This document shows positions 8,154 to 17,764 of a stretch of DNA of 64,000 bases, one piece after another; the first letter of the stretch is position 1; each line of letters starts with the position of its first letter. The notes beneath the pieces were generated by a model, which made no database searches, was not told where the DNA came from, and saw only the letters and a list, made by a program, of their open reading frames with translations. Source of the DNA: Promethearchaeia archaeon (lineage in GTDB: Archaea; Asgardarchaeota; Lokiarchaeia; Sigyniarchaeales; SOKP01). The stretch is taken from assembly GCA_029856125.1 (NCBI GenBank), contig JAHQWJ010000143.1, forward strand, positions 1-64,000. Reading direction: 5' to 3'. The translations under genes were made by a program, and so were the position numbers.

Positions 8154-11100
8154 TTGACAAATGTAGAGAACAAGACAGCATATCCGTACATTACGGAATT
8201 CAAAAAAGAGCCTTTTAAATCTTTTGTTTTAACAAATAGAAAGGATATTGGCAACTTTTACTTAAGTAATTACAACAAAGTCTTAGAATTATATCAAAAT
8301 TATAATGTAAACTTAATTAAAGAATCGTCTTTAAATTTAGAGGATCTTTTTTGGTTTCTCCTTCTGAGAAAGTATATCAAACAAAAAGTGGATGAACACA
8401 GTGAAATTTTCTTAGAATTTGTAAAAAATTGTGAAGTTGAGATAATTGAAAAAGATCAATTGGGGTTTAAAGCATCGCCTTATTCAGTAAAAGCACCTGA
8501 TATTTGGTCAACATACTATGCTCTAGCAAGTTTAGAATTATTAGGGGTACTCCAACAATATTTAGCTTCTAAAGGAAAAGATATAATTGTTGAAAAAATT
8601 AAGAACTTTATTTACGATCATAAAAGAAATAATGGATTCTTACATTGTCTTGACAAACAATGCGAAATATGTAATCAAGGACCTTTGGGCGAGAATTTTT
8701 ACTATGTAGTTGAAAGTCTAACGGTTATCGGTGTCGATGTAAGGGTTTTCAAAGAGCAATTCCGACAATATTTAAGAGAAAGAAAAAAAGATACATCATC
8801 AATTTTTAAACTCCTCAGTCTAAAATTCTTTGATTTGGATTTAGACGTAAAAGATAAGGAAATTCAGCATTTTTATCAATTTCAACAACCAAATGGAGGT
8901 TTTGTCATAAATTCAATTGGAGGAGATATTGAATCTACATTCTGGTGCGTAAATCTTCTCGATATATACTCGTGGCTTATAGATTACAACCCAGCAAGAA
9001 TTTATTCTTTTATCGCAGAAAAATTAGACTCATTATTGAAAGATAAAGAAGACTGGAACTTAATCGCGTTAATAAATGTCACTAAACTGGTAATTTTGTT
9101 ATCTATTATTTGGAATCGTTTTATCGAAGAAATCGAGAGAGTTGTGTTTAAGCGGTTAGAAACATATAATTTTATCGATTTAAACCAGATAAAAACTACC
9201 TTTGGCTTAAGCTATGGAGTAGAAGAGATTGTACTGTATATTAACCTCAATTATATGTTTATTTTGAAGAATATCGATATTTCATCTGAATTTAATGATT
9301 ACCTGCTAAATTTAAGTCAGGACAAAAAGAAAATTATCCAAGAAGTCTACGACCAGCTAAGTAATAATAGCATAATTTCACTTTCAGATATTTACAAAAA
9401 ATATAAAAGGTCCTCCAAACAGGAACCCGTGAAACTAAAAGAAGATATCTTTCCGATCATCTATGACTTAATAAGCAACCATTTTTTTGAAGGAGAGATT
9501 AGATCAAAAAAGGCTTATTTATTCAAAACAAAATTTTACTTTTGTTTAGATGTACTGTACAAAAATATAATTATTTCCGATAAGGAAATTAACAGCGAAA
9601 GACTTTTTGAAGAAAAAGCTAAACTGAAGGAAGTTAAAAATGATATTTACAATATGACTTTGAAGCTTAAGAACACTATTCCTCAAATTAAAGAAGAAAT
9701 AGAATCTTATATTATGATAGACGAAGTCGATTTCGCTAAAGAAAGGTTGAAGTTTGTATTGCGAGATTCATTAATGGAAGCAGATTTTCTTAATAAAAAC
9801 ATTGAAACATCTTTTAATCAAGAGCTTATATATATCAATCTACAAGCTGCTTTAGGTTCAGAAATATCTCAATGGAATAAGTCTTATTCTTTATTGCAAA
9901 AGCGTTTAGGTGAATTAAATAATTATCTCCTAGAAAAGATCCAAGAGATGGAAAGTTTAAAAAGATTTAGCATTATTTTAGACGACTTAGATAATAAAAT
10001 ATACGATATTCAGGATCAGGTAAATCGCGAGATAGATTCTTTTAAAAATTACATTATGGAAGTTCTTGAAAAGGGTTATGACGAAGAAAAATTAAATCTT
10101 ATCATAAATGCGTTTAATAAAATAGCTCAGGTCGTAAGCAAATACGATTCAGTTATTTACAAAGTTTCACATCAGATTACAACAAAAGAGAAAAAGATCG
10201 CAAGGAACCATAAGAAAATAATACATAAATGGGTTAATTTTAAAGAAAACTTTGATTTGATTTTTGCTGATTACACTAATGGTTTTCAGTTTTTCAACGA
10301 TTTAAATAAACAGATAGGAAATGTTAGGGATAATATTCAAGAAGGAATTCTTCAAATTAAAGAGGAAGTTAAAAATATAGCAACTCAAAATCAATACCAA
10401 GACGCATTTAAGATTATTAAGAAGGAAGCGGATAATTTACTAAAAGAAAAAACAAATGAAATTCAAAGCTTAAAAGCTATGGTTAAAAAGAACACTTCTT
10501 TTAAACAAAAACTATTTCCGCTTTATAAATATATAAATGAAAAGCTCGACAGTTTGGAAGAAAATATCATTGAGTTCATAGCCGAACAGGAGCAATTTTT
10601 AAAAGAAAAGGTTATAGAAGAAAGAAACAGGGCAGGTGTGGAGGATTTTGATAGTTTCGTTTCTGATACTATCCAAAATTTTAAGGTTAAGTTAGAATAT
10701 TACAGGATAAACATTGATCAAACCAAAGTAAATAAAATCCCAAATGTTATTAGTGGTTTTGATAAAATTTTAATTGATTTTAACGAAAATAGCAAGATTT
10801 TTTCTAATAAGATAACAAATCTAAAAGCTATTATCCCAGATCTTAATGAAAGTTCGATAAAAATTATACAATGGGAGAAATTTAAAGTAACTTTCACGGA
10901 GGAAGTTGATAAACTAAAGGAAGAATATGTTAATGACATAATTTCTCAAGAGATTATATTAATGAGTGAGGAGGAGCATACAGACACAATTAATATTAAA
11001 AAACTGGCCGATAAGCTTAAACTCAAATGTAGAGTGATAATTCCTAGAATTAAAGACATGATAGAGGTGTCTAAATTGCAAGGCGATTTATTTGAAGATA

Positions 11101-12557
11101 AAAAAGAATTAATAGTGCACACTGAAGCTTATCATAAGAATAGAGAATTGACAAATTTCACAGAAAATAGAATCATCAAACAAACCCAGGAGACAGTAGG
11201 AAAATTACTAGCCCTTTACGATTCGTGCATTAAAAACAAAACTCTTGGAGTAAACTTGTTAGAAATTCAAAATAGAATTAATGATTTAAACGATTATAAG
11301 GAGTCTATTACCAACCAATACAACAAAAAAACAAGAGAGTTAAATGTTGACGAGAAAAGATTAGAGAACATGGAATTAATTAAAAATCTAAAAGCGGTGA
11401 TAAGTAACAATGAGAAAGCGATTTTAAACATAAAAGAAAATTTGGTTCTGTTTAAAGACTTACAAATATTCATAATTGATTTACTAGATACAGTAAAAAT
11501 CGAATTTGAGAATCAATTAACTAAAACTTTCGATGATATAGTGAGAGCTGACTCTCATATTAAGATGAATGAAATTCTTGAAAGCAGAAAGGAGATTGTT
11601 AGAATTGGACTAAGGCAAGTTGATGAAAAACTCGAAAATAAATTGAAAGCGACTATTAGTTTGTCTTATGAAACAAGGAAGTTTGAGATTGAAATGAGAG
11701 AATTTTATGTCTCTCATAAGAATGAAATTAAAGCAATGGTAGAAGAGAAAGTTCAAGCAATAAATGATAAAATAAAATCTATAAGGTTTGAGACAGATCG
11801 AGGTAAATTAGTACTAACGATTACCAATAATAATATCCATTTAAGCCAATTATTAGGAACTTTACAAGCTAGGGTTGAAGATTATATTGAAACAGAGCAA
11901 TTTAAGAGAGCTTATCTAAAAGTAAATAAAAAGCATAAGTATATCGAGCAAGAGATTAAGAATACAAATAGAAGAATTAAAGATATGTATAAGGAATTTA
12001 ATAGAAACTCTAATGATTTTGAAACTAAAAATAAGCATATCATTGACGATTTTGACCGAATCGTATTAGAGTTTAATGAAATTCTAAGAGAGAAAGTTAA
12101 GACATTAGAGGAATTAATTGTGAAATCATACGTGGAATTTGCAATCAAAGCTGTGGCAAACGAGTTCCTTACCTTAAGTTTTTTGCAGAATGAATTAAAG
12201 ATAAAGAAACCCCTAATTCAAAAACACCTGATTTCTCTGATTAGTTCTGGGAAATTGAAAGGAAAATACGATCCTCAAATTGGTTTATATTACGAAAATC
12301 CAGAAGTTCTGAGTATGCTTGATGATAAAGAATTAGAAGTTATTAAGAAAATGAATTTCCGCGTGTATATGTTTATGAGGCGTTTAAAGAATTTTACAAG
12401 CCAATATGGCTCAATAATTGCGTTCTTTGCATCACTAATCACGATCTCATATTACATTTTCCAAATTAGTCCGGTTACTATAATAATCCCTATTATATTG
12501 ACCTTAGTAGTTCTAGGATACCTTCTTTTCAAAAAAAAGCAAGACGAAAAGTTTTGA
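8154..12557 (+). CDS. 1467-aa protein: prenyltransferase/squalene-cyclase-type repeats, winged-helix/PCI-like domains, long coiled coils, C-terminal TM anchor
   Basis: DIWSTYYALASLELLG, QQPNGGF, DIESTFWCV repeats; PCI-like LQNELKIKKPLIQKHLISLISSGKLKGKYD; heptad-rich middle; two hydrophobic helices at the C-terminus. Confidence 0.6.
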   Translation: MTNVENKTAYPYITEFKKEPFKSFVLTNRKDIGNFYLSNYNKVLELYQNYNVNLIKESSLNLEDLFWFLLLRKYIKQKVDEHSEIFLEFVKNCEVEIIEKDQLGFKASPYSVKAPDIWSTYYALASLELLGVLQQYLASKGKDIIVEKIKNFIYDHKRNNGFLHCLDKQCEICNQGPLGENFYYVVESLTVIGVDVRVFKEQFRQYLRERKKDTSSIFKLLSLKFFDLDLDVKDKEIQHFYQFQQPNGGFVINSIGGDIESTFWCVNLLDIYSWLIDYNPARIYSFIAEKLDSLLKDKEDWNLIALINVTKLVILLSIIWNRFIEEIERVVFKRLETYNFIDLNQIKTTFGLSYGVEEIVLYINLNYMFILKNIDISSEFNDYLLNLSQDKKKIIQEVYDQLSNNSIISLSDIYKKYKRSSKQEPVKLKEDIFPIIYDLISNHFFEGEIRSKKAYLFKTKFYFCLDVLYKNIIISDKEINSERLFEEKAKLKEVKNDIYNMTLKLKNTIPQIKEEIESYIMIDEVDFAKERLKFVLRDSLMEADFLNKNIETSFNQELIYINLQAALGSEISQWNKSYSLLQKRLGELNNYLLEKIQEMESLKRFSIILDDLDNKIYDIQDQVNREIDSFKNYIMEVLEKGYDEEKLNLIINAFNKIAQVVSKYDSVIYKVSHQITTKEKKIARNHKKIIHKWVNFKENFDLIFADYTNGFQFFNDLNKQIGNVRDNIQEGILQIKEEVKNIATQNQYQDAFKIIKKEADNLLKEKTNEIQSLKAMVKKNTSFKQKLFPLYKYINEKLDSLEENIIEFIAEQEQFLKEKVIEERNRAGVEDFDSFVSDTIQNFKVKLEYYRINIDQTKVNKIPNVISGFDKILIDFNENSKIFSNKITNLKAIIPDLNESSIKIIQWEKFKVTFTEEVDKLKEEYVNDIISQEIILMSEEEHTDTINIKKLADKLKLKCRVIIPRIKDMIEVSKLQGDLFEDKKELIVHTEAYHKNRELTNFTENRIIKQTQETVGKLLALYDSCIKNKTLGVNLLEIQNRINDLNDYKESITNQYNKKTRELNVDEKRLENMELIKNLKAVISNNEKAILNIKENLVLFKDLQIFIIDLLDTVKIEFENQLTKTFDDIVRADSHIKMNEILESRKEIVRIGLRQVDEKLENKLKATISLSYETRKFEIEMREFYVSHKNEIKAMVEEKVQAINDKIKSIRFETDRGKLVLTITNNNIHLSQLLGTLQARVEDYIETEQFKRAYLKVNKKHKYIEQEIKNTNRRIKDMYKEFNRNSNDFETKNKHIIDDFDRIVLEFNEILREKVKTLEELIVKSYVEFAIKAVANEFLTLSFLQNELKIKKPLIQKHLISLISSGKLKGKYDPQIGLYYENPEVLSMLDDKELEVIKKMNFRVYMFMRRLKNFTSQYGSIIAFFASLITISYYIFQISPVTIIIPIILTLVVLGYLLFKKKQDEKF

Positions 12558-12601
12558 TTTGATTAATCTCTCTTTTTTTTAATTTATGGCATAACTACGA
12601 T

Positions 12602-14755
12602 TTAATCGTAGTCTTTTACGAATTGTACTTCTTTGGCTGTTCTTTTAAGGTAGCCTAAATAGCAGGCTTGATTAAAATGGGCATAAAATTTCTTTTCTAT
12701 TATATCCTCTTCTTCAGCAAATTCTTTAAAATCCGAAAGAGACATTTTTCCATCGACACTATAAGTTTTGGCAATTCTAATGAGCGTTTTTACATTATGG
12801 TTTAAATAAATTTTTCTTTCTGGCATTTTCTTATTTTTTTCCTTATGATTTCTTTTTAAATTTAATATTGAAGTTTTCAATTTCAATTTATCCAACCTTA
12901 TTACATCGGAATAAAAAGTTACACCGGCATTTTTAAACCTTTTAAACTCTTCACTGTGGGCAAAATTATCAAGTTCTGTGATAATTTCTTCGATTGAACG
13001 ATTAGCAAGAAGTTCCTTTTCTCTTTTGCGCCGTTCTTTATAGTTTTTAATTAAATCAAATTCTGAAATTTTATTAGGTGTTGTTTTAAAGTTTATCTGT
13101 TCTCGGTTAACTACATCACATAAATTCAACTGTTTTGAATCTAAAAGTACGGAATTCATAGTCGATTCCTTTTTTTCTGCGGCTTTATAAAAAGGAACAT
13201 CGATAGACTCTCTGGCTATTAATAAATAACACCTACCCGGTCCATATCTTCCTGTTCTACCGCGTCTTTGGATTAATCTAATCTCTGAGGGAACGGGTTC
13301 GTAAAAAATAATTGCGTCCACATTAGGTATGTCGAGACCTTCTTCTGCAACGCTGGTAGCTACAAGTATATCTAGCGTCCCTTCTTTAAATTTTTTAATT
13401 ATTTTAATTTGTTTATCTTGTGAGAATCCAAAATCATCTGGTTTGGTTGATTGACCGATAAATTTCTCAACTTTCAAGCGAGAATCAAAATGATCTTCTA
13501 TTAAATTTTTTAGTAATTCAGCCATGGCTCTATATTGAGTGAACACTATAATCTTATTATTCCGATAATCCTCAATTTCTTCAGTAATTATTGAAAATAA
13601 CTTTTTTATTTTAGGATGTGAATAGTCGTTAATGTTATTTTGTACGAGATTGTTCTTGATGAATTTGAAGTGTTCTGAGTTGACGATTCTTTTAGCCGAG
13701 AGAATATCTTGTCCAGACTTATATTCTAGCTTTTCTAAAAATTTTAAGAAGAGTGTAATGTTTTGAGACTCTAATAAATCTTTTGCGTGAAGTAAAGATA
13801 TAAAACTTGAACAATAAGAGAAAATCGATTGAATGTTTAACGAGTTTTCTTTAACTTTATCTATTATTCGATCAGTCTTGAAAAAGAGCGCTTCGAAGTA
13901 ATCTTCTTCTGATAGTTCCGGTAAATAACCATTCTCGTACTTAAGAGATAGTGTTAGATCGGAAGATATCCCTAAAAAATCTAATTTTGAATAGTATCTT
14001 TTGTTAGGAGGTAATAATTTCTTGTCAATAAAGAATTTCAGAAATTTTTCGAATAAATTATACCAAACTGCACTTAATTCGATGACTTTAATGGGTAAAT
14101 CAACAAATTCTAAATAGGTATCAATATCGTAAATATACTTTTTTACATCTTTATCTTCGTAGGTTTTGAATATAACATTCTCAATGAATAAACTATCACA
14201 CAATTCTTGTATCCGAAGGTAGCTTTTTCCTGGTGAAGCAGTTAATCCTAGTATAAACGGGTCTTGGCATGTATTAATATATTCAGTTGATATAAAACAA
14301 TATGCATAATTACCTCTTGTTCTGTGAGCCTCGTCGAAGATAATCAGAGAGACATGCTTTAAATCGTATCGACCTCTTTCTACATCGTTTTTTATTACTT
14401 GAGGTGTCGATACGATAATTTTAGAATTATTGAAAAGAAAAATTCTCTTTTCAGGCGAAATCTTGCCCGTAAACGAAATAATCTCATCCAATTCAACATT
14501 AAGGAAATCCTTACATGATGCTTCATGTTGTGAAACTAAAGGTCTAGTAGGAGCAAGAATAATGATCTTAGATTCTGGATATTTTTCCAAAGTTTCACTT
14601 ATGAGTAAAATCCCAACAATCGTTTTTCCTAAACCAGTTGGCAATACTATTAAAGAGTTTCTTCCTTTACACCTTTTTGTGATATTATTTTGATACTGTC
14701 GATAAAATACACGATCTTTTTTTAGAAAAGGATGATTAAAATACGCGGTTTGCAT
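12602..14755 (-). CDS. hef: Hef/FANCM(Mph1)-family SF2 helicase, no evident ERCC4 nuclease domain
   Basis: RQYQ, LPTGLGKT, APTRPLV, DEAH, LTASPG, ATSVAEEGLDIP, IQRRGRTGR. Confidence 0.88.
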   Translation of the reverse strand: MQTAYFNHPFLKKDRVFYRQYQNNITKRCKGRNSLIVLPTGLGKTIVGILLISETLEKYPESKIIILAPTRPLVSQHEASCKDFLNVELDEIISFTGKISPEKRIFLFNNSKIIVSTPQVIKNDVERGRYDLKHVSLIIFDEAHRTRGNYAYCFISTEYINTCQDPFILGLTASPGKSYLRIQELCDSLFIENVIFKTYEDKDVKKYIYDIDTYLEFVDLPIKVIELSAVWYNLFEKFLKFFIDKKLLPPNKRYYSKLDFLGISSDLTLSLKYENGYLPELSEEDYFEALFFKTDRIIDKVKENSLNIQSIFSYCSSFISLLHAKDLLESQNITLFLKFLEKLEYKSGQDILSAKRIVNSEHFKFIKNNLVQNNINDYSHPKIKKLFSIITEEIEDYRNNKIIVFTQYRAMAELLKNLIEDHFDSRLKVEKFIGQSTKPDDFGFSQDKQIKIIKKFKEGTLDILVATSVAEEGLDIPNVDAIIFYEPVPSEIRLIQRRGRTGRYGPGRCYLLIARESIDVPFYKAAEKKESTMNSVLLDSKQLNLCDVVNREQINFKTTPNKISEFDLIKNYKERRKREKELLANRSIEEIITELDNFAHSEEFKRFKNAGVTFYSDVIRLDKLKLKTSILNLKRNHKEKNKKMPERKIYLNHNVKTLIRIAKTYSVDGKMSLSDFKEFAEEEDIIEKKFYAHFNQACYLGYLKRTAKEVQFVKDYD

Positions 14756-14879
14756 TAAAGAAAGGTTGAAGTTAGTTCTTTTTAATACGGAGAGGGATAA
14801 AGTTTAATAATATCAAAAAAAAGAATGTGAATCAAATTATATTTTAAAATAACTTAGTTTTAATTATTACTTTCTTTTA

Positions 14880-14930
14880 ACATAGTGTTTATCAGCAAAT
14901 ATTGCTATATCGATTTAACAAATACTATGT
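14880..14930. promoter_or_regulatory. Inverted repeat with nested palindrome in divergent promoter region
   Basis: ACATAGTGTTT (14880-14890) / AAATACTATGT (14920-14930) enclosing AGCAA-ATA-TTGCT (14894-14906). Confidence 0.35.
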
Positions 14931-14989
14931 AGAATCAACAAGTTTAAATGTGATATATTGTTAATGAATAATAATTAACTGAATTACAA

Positions 14990-15067
14990 CTTAACCTCTT
15001 CTCCCAAGTTAGTTTATCCACTCCGTGGTTCACTTTGGATAAGGTTAAGCTTGATAATTGGGAAAAG
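14990..15067 (+). promoter_or_regulatory. Putative structured 5' leader of radical SAM gene
   Basis: Three complementary pairings: 14990-97/15042-49, 15002-07/15058-63, 15014-20/15036-42. Confidence 0.35.
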
Positions 15068-15080
15068 TATGTGAATTAAA

Positions 15081-16682
15081 ATGAAAATTTTATATATTAA
15101 TCCGGCTCGTCTGGAATCGGGGATGGACGCCATTATTACTGGAGCACCTTTAAGTTTAATTACTATAGCTGGGATGGTCCCAGAACATGATGCAAAATTG
15201 TTTGATTTCAAGGTTGATAAATATCGCGAGAAAAAATTTCGTAGTGAGTTAAATCGATACGACACAGTAGCGATCACAAGCATGACACCACAAGTATATT
15301 CAGCCTTAGAAGTCGCTAAAATGGCAAAAGAACAAGGTTGTAACACGATTATAGGAGGATACCATCCTACATTGGTACCCGAATTTGTAGCTGACCACGA
15401 TTATGTAGATTTTACGGTGAGAGGGGAAGGAGAACATACTTTTAAAGAAATTATCGATTACCTTGATGGGAACAAAAACAAAATTTCTATTAAAGATATT
15501 GATGGAATTTCATATAAAAATAAGGAAGGTAAAATAATCCATAATTCTGAAAGAGCGTTAGAACACAACTTAGATAATTTTCCAATGCCGAGGCGAGATT
15601 TACTGAAAGGAAAGCGTTACACATACTTGGGTACCACAACTCGCCAAGTAGAGACATCAAGAGGTTGTCCGCATAATTGCAAGTTTTGCTGTATTATAAA
15701 AATGTGGAGAAATTCAAATGGTGGTTCTACATACAGAACCAAATCAATTTCAAGAATAATGAGAGAAGTGTACGATGTTGACTGGAAAAACGATTTTATA
15801 TTTTTCTGTGAAGATAATTTCACAATTAATGTGAAAAGAACAAACAAAATATTGGATACTCTAATTAAATCAGGAGTCAACTCTAAAATGCGCTTTTCTT
15901 GCCAATCAAGAGTGGATACTTTATATAATAACCCACAATTAATCGATAAATTGCATAAAGCCAATTTTAGACAAGTTTTTCTTGGAATTGAATCCGTTCA
16001 TCAACAGAGTTTAGACGCGATGAATAAGAAGAACACTACGCCTGCAATGGTTAAAATAGTAGTAAAAAGTTTACGGGACAAAGGAATATCCATCTTCGGT
16101 GGGGTTATAATTGGTTTTCCTGGCGAAACCAAACGAATGGTTAGGCAAAATATTCAAACTACAATAGACCTAGATTTAGACTGTGTCCAGTTTACTCCCA
16201 TTACTGCTTTTCCGGGGACGCCATTTTATGATGAGATGAAAGAGAAAGGAATGATAACCGCAAGCAATTACAAATTTTACGACTTGTTTCATCCAATGAT
16301 GAAAACTGAAGAATTAACCTCCAAAGATTTTCTTCAATTAGTAGCGGAAGCTTATGCCGCTTTTTATCTGAAGGGATGGATAATTAGAAGGGCCAAAGAA
16401 TATCTCAACCCTTTTGGGAAATTTAATTGGATGCTGGGAAGTTTGGGAAGGTTAGTTAAGCAGGGAATATTGGGCGGGCTAGGAATGCTCTATTCTCAAG
16501 GTATCACAACAAAAATAATTTCAGACGAATTAAAAAATACGGCTGAATTAATGAAAGACATCAATCCAACAATTGAAATATCTACGGCAAAAAAAAACAA
16601 AGAACCATTGAAGCATGATTCGTTAACTCTTGAAATAGCTAGGGCAAAAAAAACCGAAGTACCATTAAAGCATGATTCGTAA
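15081..16682 (+). CDS. Cobalamin-binding radical SAM protein (class B methyltransferase-like)
   Basis: N-terminal B12-binding domain (IIGGYHPT, VRGEGE), SRGCPHNCKFC, FLGIES, PGTPFY. Confidence 0.92.
   Translation: MKILYINPARLESGMDAIITGAPLSLITIAGMVPEHDAKLFDFKVDKYREKKFRSELNRYDTVAITSMTPQVYSALEVAKMAKEQGCNTIIGGYHPTLVPEFVADHDYVDFTVRGEGEHTFKEIIDYLDGNKNKISIKDIDGISYKNKEGKIIHNSERALEHNLDNFPMPRRDLLKGKRYTYLGTTTRQVETSRGCPHNCKFCCIIKMWRNSNGGSTYRTKSISRIMREVYDVDWKNDFIFFCEDNFTINVKRTNKILDTLIKSGVNSKMRFSCQSRVDTLYNNPQLIDKLHKANFRQVFLGIESVHQQSLDAMNKKNTTPAMVKIVVKSLRDKGISIFGGVIIGFPGETKRMVRQNIQTTIDLDLDCVQFTPITAFPGTPFYDEMKEKGMITASNYKFYDLFHPMMKTEELTSKDFLQLVAEAYAAFYLKGWIIRRAKEYLNPFGKFNWMLGSLGRLVKQGILGGLGMLYSQGITTKIISDELKNTAELMKDINPTIEISTAKKNKEPLKHDSLTLEIARAKKTEVPLKHDS
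16573..16682 (+). repeat. Imperfect 57-bp tandem duplication at the 3' end of the radical SAM gene
   Basis: EISTAKKNKEPLKHDS / EIARAKKTEVPLKHDS; DNA units start at 16573 and 16630. Confidence 0.85.
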
Positions 16683-16713
16683 ATAATTCTTTTATAGATG
16701 CATACAAAGTTGA

Positions 16714-16839
16714 TTCATTTTAGGTAGTTTCGCCTTAGATCCTAATACAGCTAGCGTTTGTTCTCCTAAGGAAGTTAAAGACATGGTTGACGAAAAGTTT
16801 GAAGCTGAAAAGCAATGGCTTCCACAATTTAACCAATAA
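16714..16839 (+). pseudogene. C-terminal remnant of a family 4 glycoside hydrolase (MelA-like alpha-galactosidase)
   Basis: Start-less frame FILGSFALDPNTASVCSPKEVKDMVDEKFEAEKQWLPQFNQ* matches the GH4 C-terminal pattern LDPxTAA...EI..M.DE.FEA...WLPQF; in-frame TGA at 16711. Confidence 0.7.
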
Positions 16840-17113
16840 TTTATAAATCTAATTAAAAAACACATTACGAATAGTAAGCCAAAGATTTAAATTGTTAGTT
16901 CTGCATTTGTCTAATGGGTTGTTTTAAACACCATATATCTTTTTTTTTTAACTGTGGTAAATCTATTACCATTAAAGATTTATCACAGTTTTTTTTATTA
17001 GAATGCGTAATTTGAATAAAATTTGCTTTTTTCTTTAACCTCAATATAATTGGGTGTATAAAAAAAAAAAAAGAAAAAAAGAGTATTAATTGTAAAACTA
17101 TTTAAATGTCTTT

Positions 17114-17323
17114 TTAGAAGTATTTAATAGCGAGTAAAATGTCGTCTCGAGTGATTTTCTTTCTTTTGCCATGCTTTGTGAGTACTAACGCAGATTTTGT
17201 AATTGTAACTGCGGATGCACTCATCCAATCTACTAATTCATTGACAGCATCTCGAGCAACGATTACGGCGCCATTGTGTTTCATTAATCTTCTAATTGGA
17301 CTCCAACTAATATATTCAGCCAT
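17114..17323 (-). CDS. Archaeal histone (HMf-like, tail-less)
   Basis: SPIRRLMKHNGA..VARDAV...A..LTKHGKRKKITRDDILLA histone-fold motif. Confidence 0.93.
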   Translation of the reverse strand: MAEYISWSPIRRLMKHNGAVIVARDAVNELVDWMSASAVTITKSALVLTKHGKRKKITRDDILLAIKYF

Positions 17324-17764
17324 TTTTTATTCAATCCTCCACTTTTTAATTATTTGAGTTAATTTCCTTAAATGTTACTTTTTTGATCAAATTTAATTAA
17401 TCAAATAATTATTGTTCTTTTATATATTTAAAGATTTTGATTAAAGCTTCATTTTCTAAAGAAAAAAAAGAAAAAAATTTTACGACAAAATTCAAATCAT
17501 ATTAATTGAATAATCTCGTGCAATATAGGTTTCTTTTACCAGTTTTTCGAATCTATCAATATTTGCTATAAAATGATGTATAAAATAGGAATATTTTAGC
17601 TGATATAGAAATGTGGAAATACATTTAAAAGATTTCAAAAAATAAGTTAAAATGTGAATCGTTGTATAATGAATTTTTCCGTCATAGAAAACTTAAAAAA
17701 ATCAAATTTATGCTTGTTCTTTTCTGTTGAGAGGAAGAATTTTTTATGAAGCTCGATGAGTTAA

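Noticed and set aside
8154-12557. SMC/Rad50 ATPase
   Set aside because: Long coiled coil but no Walker A/B, signature or hinge; has a TM anchor.
17059-17080. Long A/T homopolymer tracts as repeats of interest
   Set aside because: They sit just downstream of genes on the coding strand as oligo-T, consistent with ordinary archaeal terminators.
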